64,000 nucleotides of DNA from Halorarum halobium (lineage in GTDB: Archaea; Halobacteriota; Halobacteria; Halobacteriales; Haloferacaceae). Below, one piece after another: positions 29,814-39,317 of the stretch. Under the pieces are notes generated by a model that was not told where the DNA came from, did no database searches, and was given only the letters and a program-made list of their open reading frames with translations. The translations under genes and the position numbers were made by a program. The DNA lies in assembly GCF_032116555.1 (NCBI RefSeq), contig NZ_CP134949.1, positions 3,162,001 to 3,226,000 on the forward strand. Reading direction: 5' to 3'. The stretch's first letter is position 1; each line of letters starts with the position of its first letter.

Positions 29814-30407
29814 TCAGCCGCCGACGAACAGCAGCACGGCCGTCATCGCCACGCCGGCGGCCGGCGGGATGGTGAGGTTGTCGTCGATGACGTAGCCGCG
29901 GACGACCGGCTTCAGCCCGTCCGCGGCCGTCGCGCCGAGCGCGCCCGCGGCCGCGACGGCGACGCCGACGGTCGGCGGGCGCGAGGGGGCCGTGAACGGC
30001 ACCGCGAGCGCGAAACAGACGAGGAACATGACGCCGAGCACGCCGAGTTCCTTCGCCGTCGTCGCGTCGTTCGAGCCGAGATAGCCCGACACTGGGTCGC
30101 CGATCGAGAGCATCAACATCGCCGGAACGGCGACCTCCGGGGCGAACGCGAACGCGGCGACCGCCATCCCGACCATGTAGAGCGCGTAGCCGGCGACGTT
30201 GTCGGCCTCGTACTCGCGGGTGAGCCGGTCGTAGACGGCGTGGTCGAGCCCGACGACGAGCCGGAGGAACTCCAGGACGAAGACGACGACGACGAGCCCG
30301 ACGAGGAACAGTCGCAACTCCGTCCACGTCGCCAGCCCGAGCACGTACAGCAGCGGGATCCCCGTCCCGGAGACGTGTACCCCCCGCCGCCCGAGTTCGC
30401 TCGTCAT
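29814..30407 (-). CDS. dolichol kinase family membrane protein
   Basis: RRGVH, REYE, GDPVSG, DDNLTIP. Confidence 0.85.
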   Translation of the reverse strand: MTSELGRRGVHVSGTGIPLLYVLGLATWTELRLFLVGLVVVVFVLEFLRLVVGLDHAVYDRLTREYEADNVAGYALYMVGMAVAAFAFAPEVAVPAMLMLSIGDPVSGYLGSNDATTAKELGVLGVMFLVCFALAVPFTAPSRPPTVGVAVAAAGALGATAADGLKPVVRGYVIDDNLTIPPAAGVAMTAVLLFVGG

Positions 30408-30422
30408 CGATTCCGCCCCATC

Positions 30423-32219
30423 TCAGGCGGTCTCGACGTCGGTCTCGACCGCCCCGTAGGCCGACGTCAGGTCCTCGAACGCCCGGTCGGACTCGGGGTC
30501 GAGCAGCGTCTCCAGTTCCGCCGCCGCGTCGGCGACCGGCACGCGCACCTGGGCGGCCGTGTCGCGCTCGCGGAGCGTGACGGTGTCAGGCCCGTCGCCC
30601 TCCAGGCCGTCGCGGTCGACAGTGACACAGAAGGGGGTGCCGACCTCGTCCTGCCGGCGGTAGCGCCGACCGATCGAGCCCGAGTCGTCGTGTTCGACCG
30701 CCAGGCCCGCCGCGCGCAGGTCGGCGGTCACCTCGTCGGCGAGTTCGAGCAGACCGTCGTCGTTCGAGACGAGCGGGAACACGGCGGCGTCCGTCGGCGC
30801 GAGTTCCGGGTCGAGCGCGAGGTACGTGCGCTCCTCGCCGTCGACGGTGTCCTCGCGGTAGGCGTGCTCGACGAGCGTGTACAGCACGCGGTCGATGCCG
30901 AACGAAGGTTCGACGACGTGTGGCGTGACGTGCTCGCCGTTCTCCGTGACCTCCTCGACCGAGAAGTTCGCGAGGTCGGTCGGCACCGACACCTCGTCGC
31001 CGTCGAGGTCGACGGTCACCTCGTCGGCCTCGAACGCGTCCGGGTCCCGCTCCGCGAGCCGTTCCAGGGCGTCGGCGACGTCGCCGGCCCGACCGCCGAA
31101 CTCGGGCCCGAGCGTCGCCATGTCGGGGGCGACGGTCGCGCGCTCGACGGTCTTCGGCTCGTCGTACTGTTTGAACACGGTGAACGACTCGCCGGAGTGC
31201 TCGGCGTGTTTCGAGAGGTCGTAGTCGCCACGGTAGGCGAAGCCGGTGATCTCGACCCAGTCGCCCGACACCTCCGACTCGGCGTCCCAGCAGTCGGCCG
31301 CGTAGTGGGCCAGTTCGCCGGGGAGGTGCTGGCGGAACCGGAACCGGTCCATGTCGACGCCCACGCGCTCGTACCAGGTCTGGGCGATGCCGAGGTAGTA
31401 GCCGACCCAGTCGGAGCCGACGACGCCCTCCGCGACCGCCTCGTCGACGGTCGTCTCGTACGGCTCGCCGTCCTCCGCGTCCTGTTCCGTGGCGGGGTAC
31501 AGCGTCACCTCGACGTCCGCGACCTCCTCGAGTGGCGGCTCGTCCGACTCGGGGTCGATGAACGTCTCGAGTTCGGCCTGGGTGAACTCCCGGACGCGGA
31601 TGATGCCCCGCCGGGGGCTGATCTCGTTCCGGTAGGCCGGGCCGATCTGGGTGACGCCGAACGGGAGGCGGTTCCGGGCGTACTCCTTCAGCCGGGGGAA
31701 CTCCACGAAGATGCCCTGCGCGGTCTCGGGCCGGAGGTAGCCGGGCTGGCCCGAGCCGGGGCCGATGCTCGTCTCGAACATGAGGTTGAACTCGTCGATC
31801 GGTTCGCCGGCGAGCGTGGCGCCGCAGTTCGGGCACTCGACGTCGTGTTCGCCGAGCAGTTCGCCCACGCGCTCGGGCCCGAGCGCCTCGGCGTCCTCGA
31901 TGTCGGTCGCGCCCTCGACGAGGTGGTCGGCGCGGTGGGAGACGCCACACTCGGGACACTCGACGAGCATGTCGTCGAAGCCGTCGAGGTGGCCCGACGC
32001 CTCGAAGACGGCCTCGGGCATCACGGTCGGGGCCTCGATCTCGTGGTTGCCCTGCTTCACGGTGAAGCGGTCCCGCCAGGCCGATTCGAGGTTGTCCTTC
32101 AGCGCCGCGCCCTTGGGGCCGTAGGTGTAGAAGCCGGCGACGCCGCCGTACGCGCCGTTCGCGCCGAAGAAGAACCCCCGGCGCTTCGCGAGTTCCATGA
32201 CGTCCGCCTGGCGTGCCAT
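30423..32219 (-). CDS. glyS: glycine--tRNA ligase
   Basis: ELAKRRGF, YLRPETAQGIF, RNEISPR, AHYAADCWD, IGRRYRRQDEVG. Confidence 0.97.
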   Translation of the reverse strand: MARQADVMELAKRRGFFFGANGAYGGVAGFYTYGPKGAALKDNLESAWRDRFTVKQGNHEIEAPTVMPEAVFEASGHLDGFDDMLVECPECGVSHRADHLVEGATDIEDAEALGPERVGELLGEHDVECPNCGATLAGEPIDEFNLMFETSIGPGSGQPGYLRPETAQGIFVEFPRLKEYARNRLPFGVTQIGPAYRNEISPRRGIIRVREFTQAELETFIDPESDEPPLEEVADVEVTLYPATEQDAEDGEPYETTVDEAVAEGVVGSDWVGYYLGIAQTWYERVGVDMDRFRFRQHLPGELAHYAADCWDAESEVSGDWVEITGFAYRGDYDLSKHAEHSGESFTVFKQYDEPKTVERATVAPDMATLGPEFGGRAGDVADALERLAERDPDAFEADEVTVDLDGDEVSVPTDLANFSVEEVTENGEHVTPHVVEPSFGIDRVLYTLVEHAYREDTVDGEERTYLALDPELAPTDAAVFPLVSNDDGLLELADEVTADLRAAGLAVEHDDSGSIGRRYRRQDEVGTPFCVTVDRDGLEGDGPDTVTLRERDTAAQVRVPVADAAAELETLLDPESDRAFEDLTSAYGAVETDVETA

Positions 32220-33076
32220 CAGAGCGCCTCCAGGAGGTGGACGTCCCGCACGATGCCCGCGAGGTCGCCGCCGGTCACCAGCGGGAGCTGTTCGATGTCG
32301 TTCGAGATCATCTCCTGGGCGGCCTCCTGGACCGACCGCGTCTGCGAGACGGTGAGCACGTCCGCGGTCATGAACTCGGTGACCGCTCCGGCGGGGATCT
32401 CGACGTTCCGGGTCGGGATGTACGCGCTGCCGACGGCCTTGATGCCCTCCCACTTCCAGTCGTCGTCCTCGTCGGCGATGGAGTCGCCGGTGTCGTCGGC
32501 ACCCTCGACGACCCGGGCGACCTCCAGGATGTCGACCTCGGTGAGCATGCCGTCCATCTCGCCCTCGTCGTCGAGCGCGATGGCGTACGGGACGTTGGCG
32601 AAGTAGAGTTCCCGCTCGGCGACCGGGAGCGGCGCGCCGCTGTAGACGGTGTTGACGTCGTCGCCGGCGGCGTCGCCGCAGGACGCCTCCGTCTCGGCGT
32701 CGCCGTGGGCGATGGCGTGGACGACGTCCGTGACGGTGACGATGCCCGCGAGCGCGTCGCCGTCGTTCTCCTCGACGACCGGGAGCCGGCGGATCCGCGA
32801 GCCGACCATCAGCTGTGCGGCGTCCCGGAGGTTCGTCGTCGGGGTCACCGTCGGGACGTCCCGCATGAGCAGCGCCAGCTGGTCCTCGTCGGGGCGCTCG
32901 ATGAGGTCGTCACGCGAGACGAGCCCGCGGTACGTCTCGCCGGCGTCCGACTCCTTCACGACCGGGACCGACGAGAAGCGGTGTTCCTGCAGGTACTCCA
33001 GCGCGTCGTCGCGGGTGCCAGGGAGCGAGACGGTGACCAACTCCGCCCGCGGCGTCATCGCGTCGGCTACGTTCAT
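32219..33076 (-). CDS. CBS-domain protein
   Basis: repeated CBS motifs (LPVV...GIVT); ATG 33076. Confidence 0.9.
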   Translation of the reverse strand: MNVADAMTPRAELVTVSLPGTRDDALEYLQEHRFSSVPVVKESDAGETYRGLVSRDDLIERPDEDQLALLMRDVPTVTPTTNLRDAAQLMVGSRIRRLPVVEENDGDALAGIVTVTDVVHAIAHGDAETEASCGDAAGDDVNTVYSGAPLPVAERELYFANVPYAIALDDEGEMDGMLTEVDILEVARVVEGADDTGDSIADEDDDWKWEGIKAVGSAYIPTRNVEIPAGAVTEFMTADVLTVSQTRSVQEAAQEMISNDIEQLPLVTGGDLAGIVRDVHLLEAL

Positions 33077-33199
33077 ACCACGGGTGTACCGCCCCATACT
33101 CTTGTAAACTGCGAAGGTGTGTTCCGCGGTGTTGTGGTGTGGGGCGTCGGTGTGGATCCACGTGGTTGTCGTCCGCGGTGTTGTCTCGGGCGTGCTGAC

Positions 33200-33230
33200 G
33201 ACCGTCTCGAAAGCACCCGCGGCTGTCGAC
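33200..33230 (+). repeat. fragment of the intergenic hairpin repeat (left arm only)
   Basis: CTCGAAAGCACCCGCGGCTGTCGAC resembles GAAAGCCCCCGCGGCTATCGAC at 4569. Confidence 0.5.
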
Positions 33231-33338
33231 GCAGCCGAAACCGACGAACTGAACGAGAGCCGAACCAGTACCGAAACCGACCACACATGAGCGAGACCGT
33301 CGCGCTTAACCCACCCCGCTCGCAACCCCGCATCCAGC

Positions 33339-34448
33339 ATGGACCCGCGCAACGCCCGCTACCCGTTCTTTGCGACCGCCCGCGAGGCGGTCAGTGCGGC
33401 GGGCGTGGACCTGGCGACGCTCGTCGCCGAGCGCGACCCGGCAGTCGAGCGCGGCCGCGAACGGGTCGAGCGCGCGCTGGTCGAGGGCACCACCGAGTCC
33501 GAGTCGCCCCGCGACTGGGAGGCCCGCGAGGAACTGCTCTCGTATCCGCTCGCGCGCATCCTCGTCTCGCTGCTCGACTCGCCCGCGGCGGTGGAAAAGT
33601 ACGCCGAGGCTGAGGCCCGGACCGCCCACGAGCGGTTCACCACTGATCTCGCACACGACGGGCCGCCCGACCCCTCCCGGACCGACCTGGACGCGCTCCT
33701 CCGGGAGTTCGACCTGGCCGACCGCACGCGCCCCGAGGACCCGCCCGCCGGCGCGCCCGATCCGCAGTGGTACCACCTCGGCGTCGGCGCGTACCTCGGC
33801 TACGTCGACCCGCGCTGGGGCGACGACTGGCGGCTGGTGAACCGCGAACTCGCCGACGGCGAGGTCCGGGTCCCCCGCGACGGACTGTTTCGCGTGCTCC
33901 GGGAGGCGGTCCGCGAGCGCGTCGCCGAAGGGCTGCCGTTCGAAGGCGTGAGCGACGAACTGGCCGACGAACTCGAGGCCGAGATCGCCGACCTCCGGGA
34001 CCTGCTCGCCGACCGCGCCGCCACCGCCGACCTCGACGTGGTCGCGCCCGAGCACTTCCCGCCGTGCCTCTCCCGCCTGCTCGACCGAGCAAGAAACGGC
34101 GAGGGCGACGAGTTCGACCCCCAGGAGCGGTTCGCGCTGCTCTCGTTTCTCGCCGGCCTCAACCTGGACGTCGAGGGCGTCGTGACGCTCACCGAGGGCG
34201 GATTCTCCCCCGAGGACGTCGCCGACGAGTTCGCGTCCCTCCGCGACGAGTCGGGGGCGCAGTACCCGCCGCCCTCCTGCGAGACGCTCGGCGCGTACGG
34301 GATCTGCGACGACGAGGACGACCACCGGCGCGTCGCGCCCCACCCGCTGGAGTTCTACGCCCGGCGGCTCCGCGAGGCCGACGAGGTGATCGACTGGCGC
34401 GACCGGCGGCGGACGGACGACTCGGTCGCGGAGTCGAAGGGGAACTGA
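33339..34448 (+). CDS. priL: DNA primase large subunit
   Basis: ARYPF, ELLSYPLARILVS, WRLVNR, FPPC, YPPPSC, HPLEFY. Confidence 0.9.
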   Translation: MDPRNARYPFFATAREAVSAAGVDLATLVAERDPAVERGRERVERALVEGTTESESPRDWEAREELLSYPLARILVSLLDSPAAVEKYAEAEARTAHERFTTDLAHDGPPDPSRTDLDALLREFDLADRTRPEDPPAGAPDPQWYHLGVGAYLGYVDPRWGDDWRLVNRELADGEVRVPRDGLFRVLREAVRERVAEGLPFEGVSDELADELEAEIADLRDLLADRAATADLDVVAPEHFPPCLSRLLDRARNGEGDEFDPQERFALLSFLAGLNLDVEGVVTLTEGGFSPEDVADEFASLRDESGAQYPPPSCETLGAYGICDDEDDHRRVAPHPLEFYARRLREADEVIDWRDRRRTDDSVAESKGN

Positions 34449-34555
34449 CGCCCGCGTCCCCGTTCGGCCCCGGCGGTCCGCGAGCAGGATGCTCGGAGGC
34501 GAACGAACCGTGACGCCGTGCGGTCGGGAGGAGTCGAACCGGGCGTTCGCGGTCG

Positions 34556-34759
34556 CTAGGAGCGGTCGAGGAACAGGCCGACGAGTCCCATCAGCACGAC
34601 GAACAGCGCGACGATGCCGACGAGGGCGTACCCGCCCGTCTCGTTGAGGTGGTGGTTGCTGGTGAACTGGCTCCCCACCGTGACGACGAGCGCGATGAAC
34701 ACGCCGACAGCGCCGACGGATACGGCGATCTTCCGGCGCATCTCCGCGTCGATTTCCAT
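34556..34759 (-). CDS. small 2-TM membrane protein
   Basis: MEIDAEMRRKIAVSV; two hydrophobic helices. Confidence 0.7.
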   Translation of the reverse strand: MEIDAEMRRKIAVSVGAVGVFIALVVTVGSQFTSNHHLNETGGYALVGIVALFVVLMGLVGLFLDRS

Positions 34760-35010
34760 GCGCCGGCCTTCCCCGGCACCCGGCAAAAGGGCTTCGAAGC
34801 GGCCCCGTACCCGCCGTCGGTTCCGGTCCGGACGCCCGGTCGATGCGCTCCCCCTCGGGCTTTCCCGCCATCGACCGTTCGTACCGACCTGCCGTTCACC
34901 GCCCCGCTCGACCCCCGCCGATGCTCCCGTCTCGCCCGAGTATCAGCGCCGAGACTGCACCCGAAACGAGGGTTTAGGTCCGTCGAGCGCGTAGTTCGTC
35001 CCGATACGGG

Positions 35011-35670
35011 ATGACGCACTCAGTACACACATCCGCGTCCACAGCCCGTCACACCCTCCCCGACGACGGCCTCACCGGCCGCGCCGGGCGGGCCCGCCGC
35101 GAACCGATGGCGGTCCGGGCGCTCAGGGACGACACCTACCTCGTGGACACCGAGCACGACAGCTACGTCGTCGACCTCGACGGCCGTTCCTGTACGTGCC
35201 CGGACTACCGGCTCCGCGGGGCCCGCTGCAAGCACCTCCGCCGCGTCGCGATGGAGGTCAACGAGGGGCTCGTCCCCCCGCCGGGCAAACGCGACGGCGT
35301 CTGTGCGGTCTGTGGCGAGTCCGTCTTCGTCCCCGTCGACCGGGGGAGCTACCTCTGTCCCGCCCACAGCCCCGAACGCGGCGAGTTCGTGCGTGATCGC
35401 GAGACCCGGAGCCTGCTGCTCGTCACGCGCGTCACCAGCGAGCGGGCGGACGAGCGCGAGACGGAGGACGGGACCGTCGTCGCCGACTACGGCTCGAACG
35501 CGGAGTACGGCGGTCACGAACCGGTGATCGAGGCCGTGTACGTCGGCCGCGCGGTCACCGAGAACGGTCGGATGAACGTCGCGGGCCTGAGGCGCTACTC
35601 GTTTCCCGCCTCGCGGCTCGCTCGGGTCCCGGCGGCGTTGAGGCCGAACCTGGCGGTCGTCGGGGTCTGA
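35011..35670 (+). CDS. SWIM zinc-finger protein
   Basis: CTCPD...RCKH SWIM motif plus CAVC...CPAH. Confidence 0.88.
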   Translation: MTHSVHTSASTARHTLPDDGLTGRAGRARREPMAVRALRDDTYLVDTEHDSYVVDLDGRSCTCPDYRLRGARCKHLRRVAMEVNEGLVPPPGKRDGVCAVCGESVFVPVDRGSYLCPAHSPERGEFVRDRETRSLLLVTRVTSERADERETEDGTVVADYGSNAEYGGHEPVIEAVYVGRAVTENGRMNVAGLRRYSFPASRLARVPAALRPNLAVVGV

Positions 35671-35737
35671 GCGACGGCAACCGGGTCGTGTTCGGGTCCA
35701 CTCGGGGCGCCGATCCGGGGCCCTCGATACGGACCGA

Positions 35738-36229
35738 CTACTCCAGCATCGCCTCGGCCTCGTCCATCGAGAGGACGCCCTGCTCGACGGCGTTGAGCAC
35801 CTCGGCCACCGAGCGGTCGCTGCCGGACGCCTCGCCGGCGGCCTTCAGGTCCGCGATGGACTCCCCGTCCTCGACCGCGGTCTCCTTCTTGACGCGGTAG
35901 TTGCCCCCGTCGGTCGTGTGGAGGTCGCTCGGGTGGAAGAACGCCCAGTCCTCGCGGTCGAAGCGGACGCCGACCTTGGGTGCCGCGCCGAAGTTCCGCG
36001 CGAAGTAGATGAGCGCCTCGACCTCCTCGCCGGTCAGGTAGATCGGGTCGCCCGAGGAGGACTTCGCCTCGACGGCGTAGAAGACGTCGCCGTCGCCCGC
36101 GAGCACGTCCGGCAGTTCGCGGTCGGTGGAGGAGCCGCTGGCGGGCGCGCGCATCACCGCGAAGCCGGCCTCGTCCAGCCGGTTGACGAGTTCTCGCTCG
36201 CGGCGGTCGCCCTTCGGGTTACCCGGCAT
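35738..36229 (-). CDS. hjc: Holliday junction resolvase Hjc
   Basis: [26 protein letters not shown]. Confidence 0.95.
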   Translation of the reverse strand: MPGNPKGDRRERELVNRLDEAGFAVMRAPASGSSTDRELPDVLAGDGDVFYAVEAKSSSGDPIYLTGEEVEALIYFARNFGAAPKVGVRFDREDWAFFHPSDLHTTDGGNYRVKKETAVEDGESIADLKAAGEASGSDRSVAEVLNAVEQGVLSMDEAEAMLE

Positions 36230-36397
36230 TGCTGGTGAAACTCGGAGAAGGGCGCGGATAAAGGGGACGGAAGCGGGGCGGAAGTGAACGACCGGCGACG
36301 AGTGGCCGCCCCGCGCCCCGGTCACGCCACGCGCCGGTCCTCACCCGCCTTGTATTGGCAGGCCCGCTCCTTTCCCATCGCTTCCCGTAGCGTGGAC

Positions 36398-36622
36398 GTG
36401 AGCAACGAACCAATCGACCTGGCGGGGACGGGCTCGAACACGCTGACCAGACTCAACCTCGCGTCGATCCTCGTCCAGGCGGGCAACGCGCTCCGAAAGG
36501 GGAACAGGAAGCAGGCGGCGCTGCTGTTCGGGGCGGCGACCATCGCGCCGCGGTACGGGGCGGCGTCGCACCTCCTCCAGGGCGGCATCACGCTGAACAA
36601 CCTCAGAAAGCGGCTGACGTAA
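36398..36622 (+). CDS. small hypothetical protein
   Basis: 74-aa basic/hydrophobic ORF with inferred GTG start; T-rich tract downstream. Confidence 0.55.
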   Translation: MSNEPIDLAGTGSNTLTRLNLASILVQAGNALRKGNRKQAALLFGAATIAPRYGAASHLLQGGITLNNLRKRLT

Positions 36623-36676
36623 GCGCCCGCAGCCGGGTGTTTTTCGCCGAGTTCGTACGGTCGAGGGGCCGGTCGG

Positions 36677-37183
36677 CTACCCGTCGTCGATGTCGGAGCC
36701 GCGGCGGTAGCGCTCGCGGAGCCGATAGCCGTCGACTGCGCCGTCCTGGTCCAGCCTGATGGCGTACCGGCCCAGCAGGTCCTCGGTGTCGGGGATGGCG
36801 TTCCGCTCGACGGCCTCGATCACGACCAGCCAGCCCTCGTCGTCCCGCCGCTCGATCTCGATGATCCTGTCGAGCGGGGCGCCGACGACGTCGGACGTGA
36901 TGGCCTCGACGTGGACCCGCACGTCCATCAGACCCGAGACGTCGCCGTCACCCGCCCCGGTCCGGACGCTCGACTGGCCGCCGCTCCCGTCGCCGCCGTC
37001 GGTCGCCTGCACCTCGGCCTCGCGGTCGGCGTTCGCGGCGTCGTCGCCGCCCTCGGCGTCGTCGACGGTCTCGTCCTCCGGGCCGTGCTGGTAGCAGAAG
37101 CCGTCCTCGCCGGCCGGGCGCGTGCAGCGCTCGCCGTCCTCGGTGAGCGCGCGACACTGCGTCGTGTCCTGTTTGGTTGCCAT
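36677..37183 (-). CDS. gvpO: gas vesicle protein GvpO with N-terminal Cys3His finger
   Basis: EGWLVVIEAVERNAIPDTEDLLGRY...RYRRG; follows gvpA. Confidence 0.88.
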   Translation of the reverse strand: MATKQDTTQCRALTEDGERCTRPAGEDGFCYQHGPEDETVDDAEGGDDAANADREAEVQATDGGDGSGGQSSVRTGAGDGDVSGLMDVRVHVEAITSDVVGAPLDRIIEIERRDDEGWLVVIEAVERNAIPDTEDLLGRYAIRLDQDGAVDGYRLRERYRRGSDIDDG

Positions 37184-37236
37184 TGGTGGGTGGGTCAGGT
37201 CGCCGATCGGTCAGTCGGTCGAAACGCGGGCGGCCG

Positions 37237-37494
37237 TCAGGAGCCCGAGCCGGTGACCTCGAGCTCGCGGAGGTCCTCCAGTTCCCCGGAGTCCTCCGCG
37301 CGTTCTATCTTCGCCATCTCACCCGCGTACTGGAGGAAGGTGTCGACGGAGGCCGCGACGACGCGTGCCTCGACGGTCAGTAGCTCGATACCGACGACGG
37401 ACACGCGCGCCCAGATGTCGATAACGATCCCTTTGTCGAGCACACGGTCGAGAACGTCAGCGAGACTCGACGTGTTCGCTCCGGTTTCTACCAT
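37237..37494 (-). CDS. gvpA: major gas vesicle wall protein GvpA
   Basis: [46 protein letters not shown]. Confidence 0.97.
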   Translation of the reverse strand: MVETGANTSSLADVLDRVLDKGIVIDIWARVSVVGIELLTVEARVVAASVDTFLQYAGEMAKIERAEDSGELEDLRELEVTGSGS

Positions 37495-37729
37495 GGGGGC
37501 CTTCCCCGATTCGGGGGAGACGTGAATAGGCGTTTAGGCCAGTTGTCACTCGGGAAGTTACCAGACGGCGACGCGACCGCCCGACCACTTTACTGTCTTC
37601 CCGCACAAGATTGCGAGCGAACAGTCGGCCGGACCGAGCGCCCGGAACCGGTCCGGCGAACCGCTGCGGACGGTGCGACCCGGCGTCGCTGGGCCGCGGC
37701 CCCGACGCACGCCACCACCTCGCCACACC

Positions 37730-38359
37730 ATGTCGAGTGATCACCTGTACCTGTACGGCGTCACCGACGCGACCGACCTCCGGTTCGAGACCGACGCGGT
37801 CGCGGGCGCCCCGGAAGTACGAACCGTCTCCCACGGCCCGCTGTCGGGCATCGTCTCGGACATCGACACCACCGACCCCGAGCGCACCGACGAGGACGTG
37901 GAGCGTCACGACGAGGTGCTCCGGGACGTACTCACCGGCGACGGCGACCGCACGGTGGTTCCGATGCGCTACGGGATGGCCTTCAAGAGCGGCCGGACGC
38001 TGAAGAACCTCCTCAGGGAGGCGCGTCCGGTACTCCGTCGGTCGCTCCGGGAGGTCGAGGGCACGGTCGAACTCGGGGTGAAGGTGCTCGCGGACGCGGA
38101 GGGCGAGGCCGACCGCGAGGCGGTCCGCGAGGCGGCCGGGCGGTTCGACGACGCGAGCGAGAGGCGCGACGACGACGAGCTGTTCAGCGACCGCCTCGTG
38201 GTGAACCGCTCGTACCTCGTCGACCGCGACGACGTCCCGGCGTTCGACGACGCGGTCGAGGCGTTCCGCGGGGCGTTCGGCGACGACGTCGTCGTCCAGT
38301 ACAGCGGCCCCTGGGCACCGTACAGCTTCGTCGACGTCCACATCGGGGTGGACCGATGA
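37730..38359 (+). CDS. gvpF: gas vesicle protein GvpF
   Basis: LYLYGV...VPMRYGMAF...GPWAPYSFV. Confidence 0.92.
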   Translation: MSSDHLYLYGVTDATDLRFETDAVAGAPEVRTVSHGPLSGIVSDIDTTDPERTDEDVERHDEVLRDVLTGDGDRTVVPMRYGMAFKSGRTLKNLLREARPVLRRSLREVEGTVELGVKVLADAEGEADREAVREAAGRFDDASERRDDDELFSDRLVVNRSYLVDRDDVPAFDDAVEAFRGAFGDDVVVQYSGPWAPYSFVDVHIGVDR

Positions 38360-38613
38360 CGTTCCTGCTCGACGACCTCCTGTTGAAGCCGTTCGTGACG
38401 GTGCTGGACGTGCTGCAGACGATGGCCGTCGAGGAACTGTACGACGTCGAGGCCATCCGGAACGACCTGAAGGAGAACCAGTTGCTGTACGAACTCGGCG
38501 AGCGCCCCGAGTCGGAGTACGAGCGCCGCAAGGCGGAGCTGGAGGCCGACCTCGACACCGCCGAGGCGGCCCGCGAACAGTACGCGAACAAGCAACTGGA
38601 GGTGCGCTCATGA
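38356..38613 (+). CDS. gvpG: gas vesicle protein GvpG
   Basis: FLLDDLL..PF...LKENQLLYELGE. Confidence 0.92.
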   Translation: MTFLLDDLLLKPFVTVLDVLQTMAVEELYDVEAIRNDLKENQLLYELGERPESEYERRKAELEADLDTAEAAREQYANKQLEVRS

Positions 38614-39317
38614 GCGAGGACGACCCCGAGGACCGCCACGAAGTCGAGGACAGCCCCGACGACCGGCCGGACGACTCCGGCGACCGGCGTGATGGCGAGG
38701 ACGCGTCGGACCACCCCGGCGACCGATCCGAGGACCGGCACGACGCCGAGGGAGACGCGGCCGACGACGGACCCGACGACCCCGGGGAGACGTGGGACGG
38801 CGAGCACCCGCCGCCGAACGAGGACCCGGACGTCCCCGTCGACCCGGTCGATGCCGTCGGCCCGGTCGACGCGCCGGAGTCGGACCGGGACGGCCCGAAG
38901 TCGCTCGGCGACCGCCTCCACGAGTTCGCCGTCGACCTGCTCGACGGCGGAACGACCTCCGGCGAGCGTCGCGGCGGCCGGATCTCGTACGGCTACTCGG
39001 CCCGCACCGGCCCCGACCGACCGAGCGGCCCGGCCACACCCCACCGCAGAAGCCGGCCGAGTCGCGGGTCGACCGGGCCGTCGGGGACGGACGCCCACGC
39101 GAGCGCCGTACGCGACGGGGACGACCTGCTCGTCACCGTCGACCTGCCGGGCGTCGCGCCCGAGGACCTCACCTGCGGCGTCGACCCGGACCGGGACGAA
39201 CTCGTCGTCGGCGCGGACGGGCAGGTGCTCTCCCGCGTGCCGCTGGAGGGTGCCGACCACGTCGTCGCCGCCTCGCTGAACAACCACGTCCTCACCGTCC
39301 ACCTCACCGACCAATGA
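38610..39317 (+). CDS. gvpH: GvpH (Hsp20-like C-terminal domain)
   Basis: VTVDLPGV...SLNNHVLTVHL; position between gvpG and gvpI. Confidence 0.75.
   Translation: MSEDDPEDRHEVEDSPDDRPDDSGDRRDGEDASDHPGDRSEDRHDAEGDAADDGPDDPGETWDGEHPPPNEDPDVPVDPVDAVGPVDAPESDRDGPKSLGDRLHEFAVDLLDGGTTSGERRGGRISYGYSARTGPDRPSGPATPHRRSRPSRGSTGPSGTDAHASAVRDGDDLLVTVDLPGVAPEDLTCGVDPDRDELVVGADGQVLSRVPLEGADHVVAASLNNHVLTVHLTDQ

Noticed and set aside
34941..34978. TATCAGCGCCGAGA upstream of the SWIM gene as another motility box
   Set aside because: Weak right half-site, and the TATA offset is 4 nt different from the other copies.
35011..35670. SWIM protein as a mobiliser of the repeats or a defence gene
   Set aside because: No HUH, DDE or nuclease motif, no flanking repeats, and it lies in a core priL-hjc neighbourhood.
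29368..36677. Archaellum and gas-vesicle clusters as a single locomotion island
   Set aside because: Separated by core housekeeping genes (glyS, priL, hjc) with no island boundaries visible.
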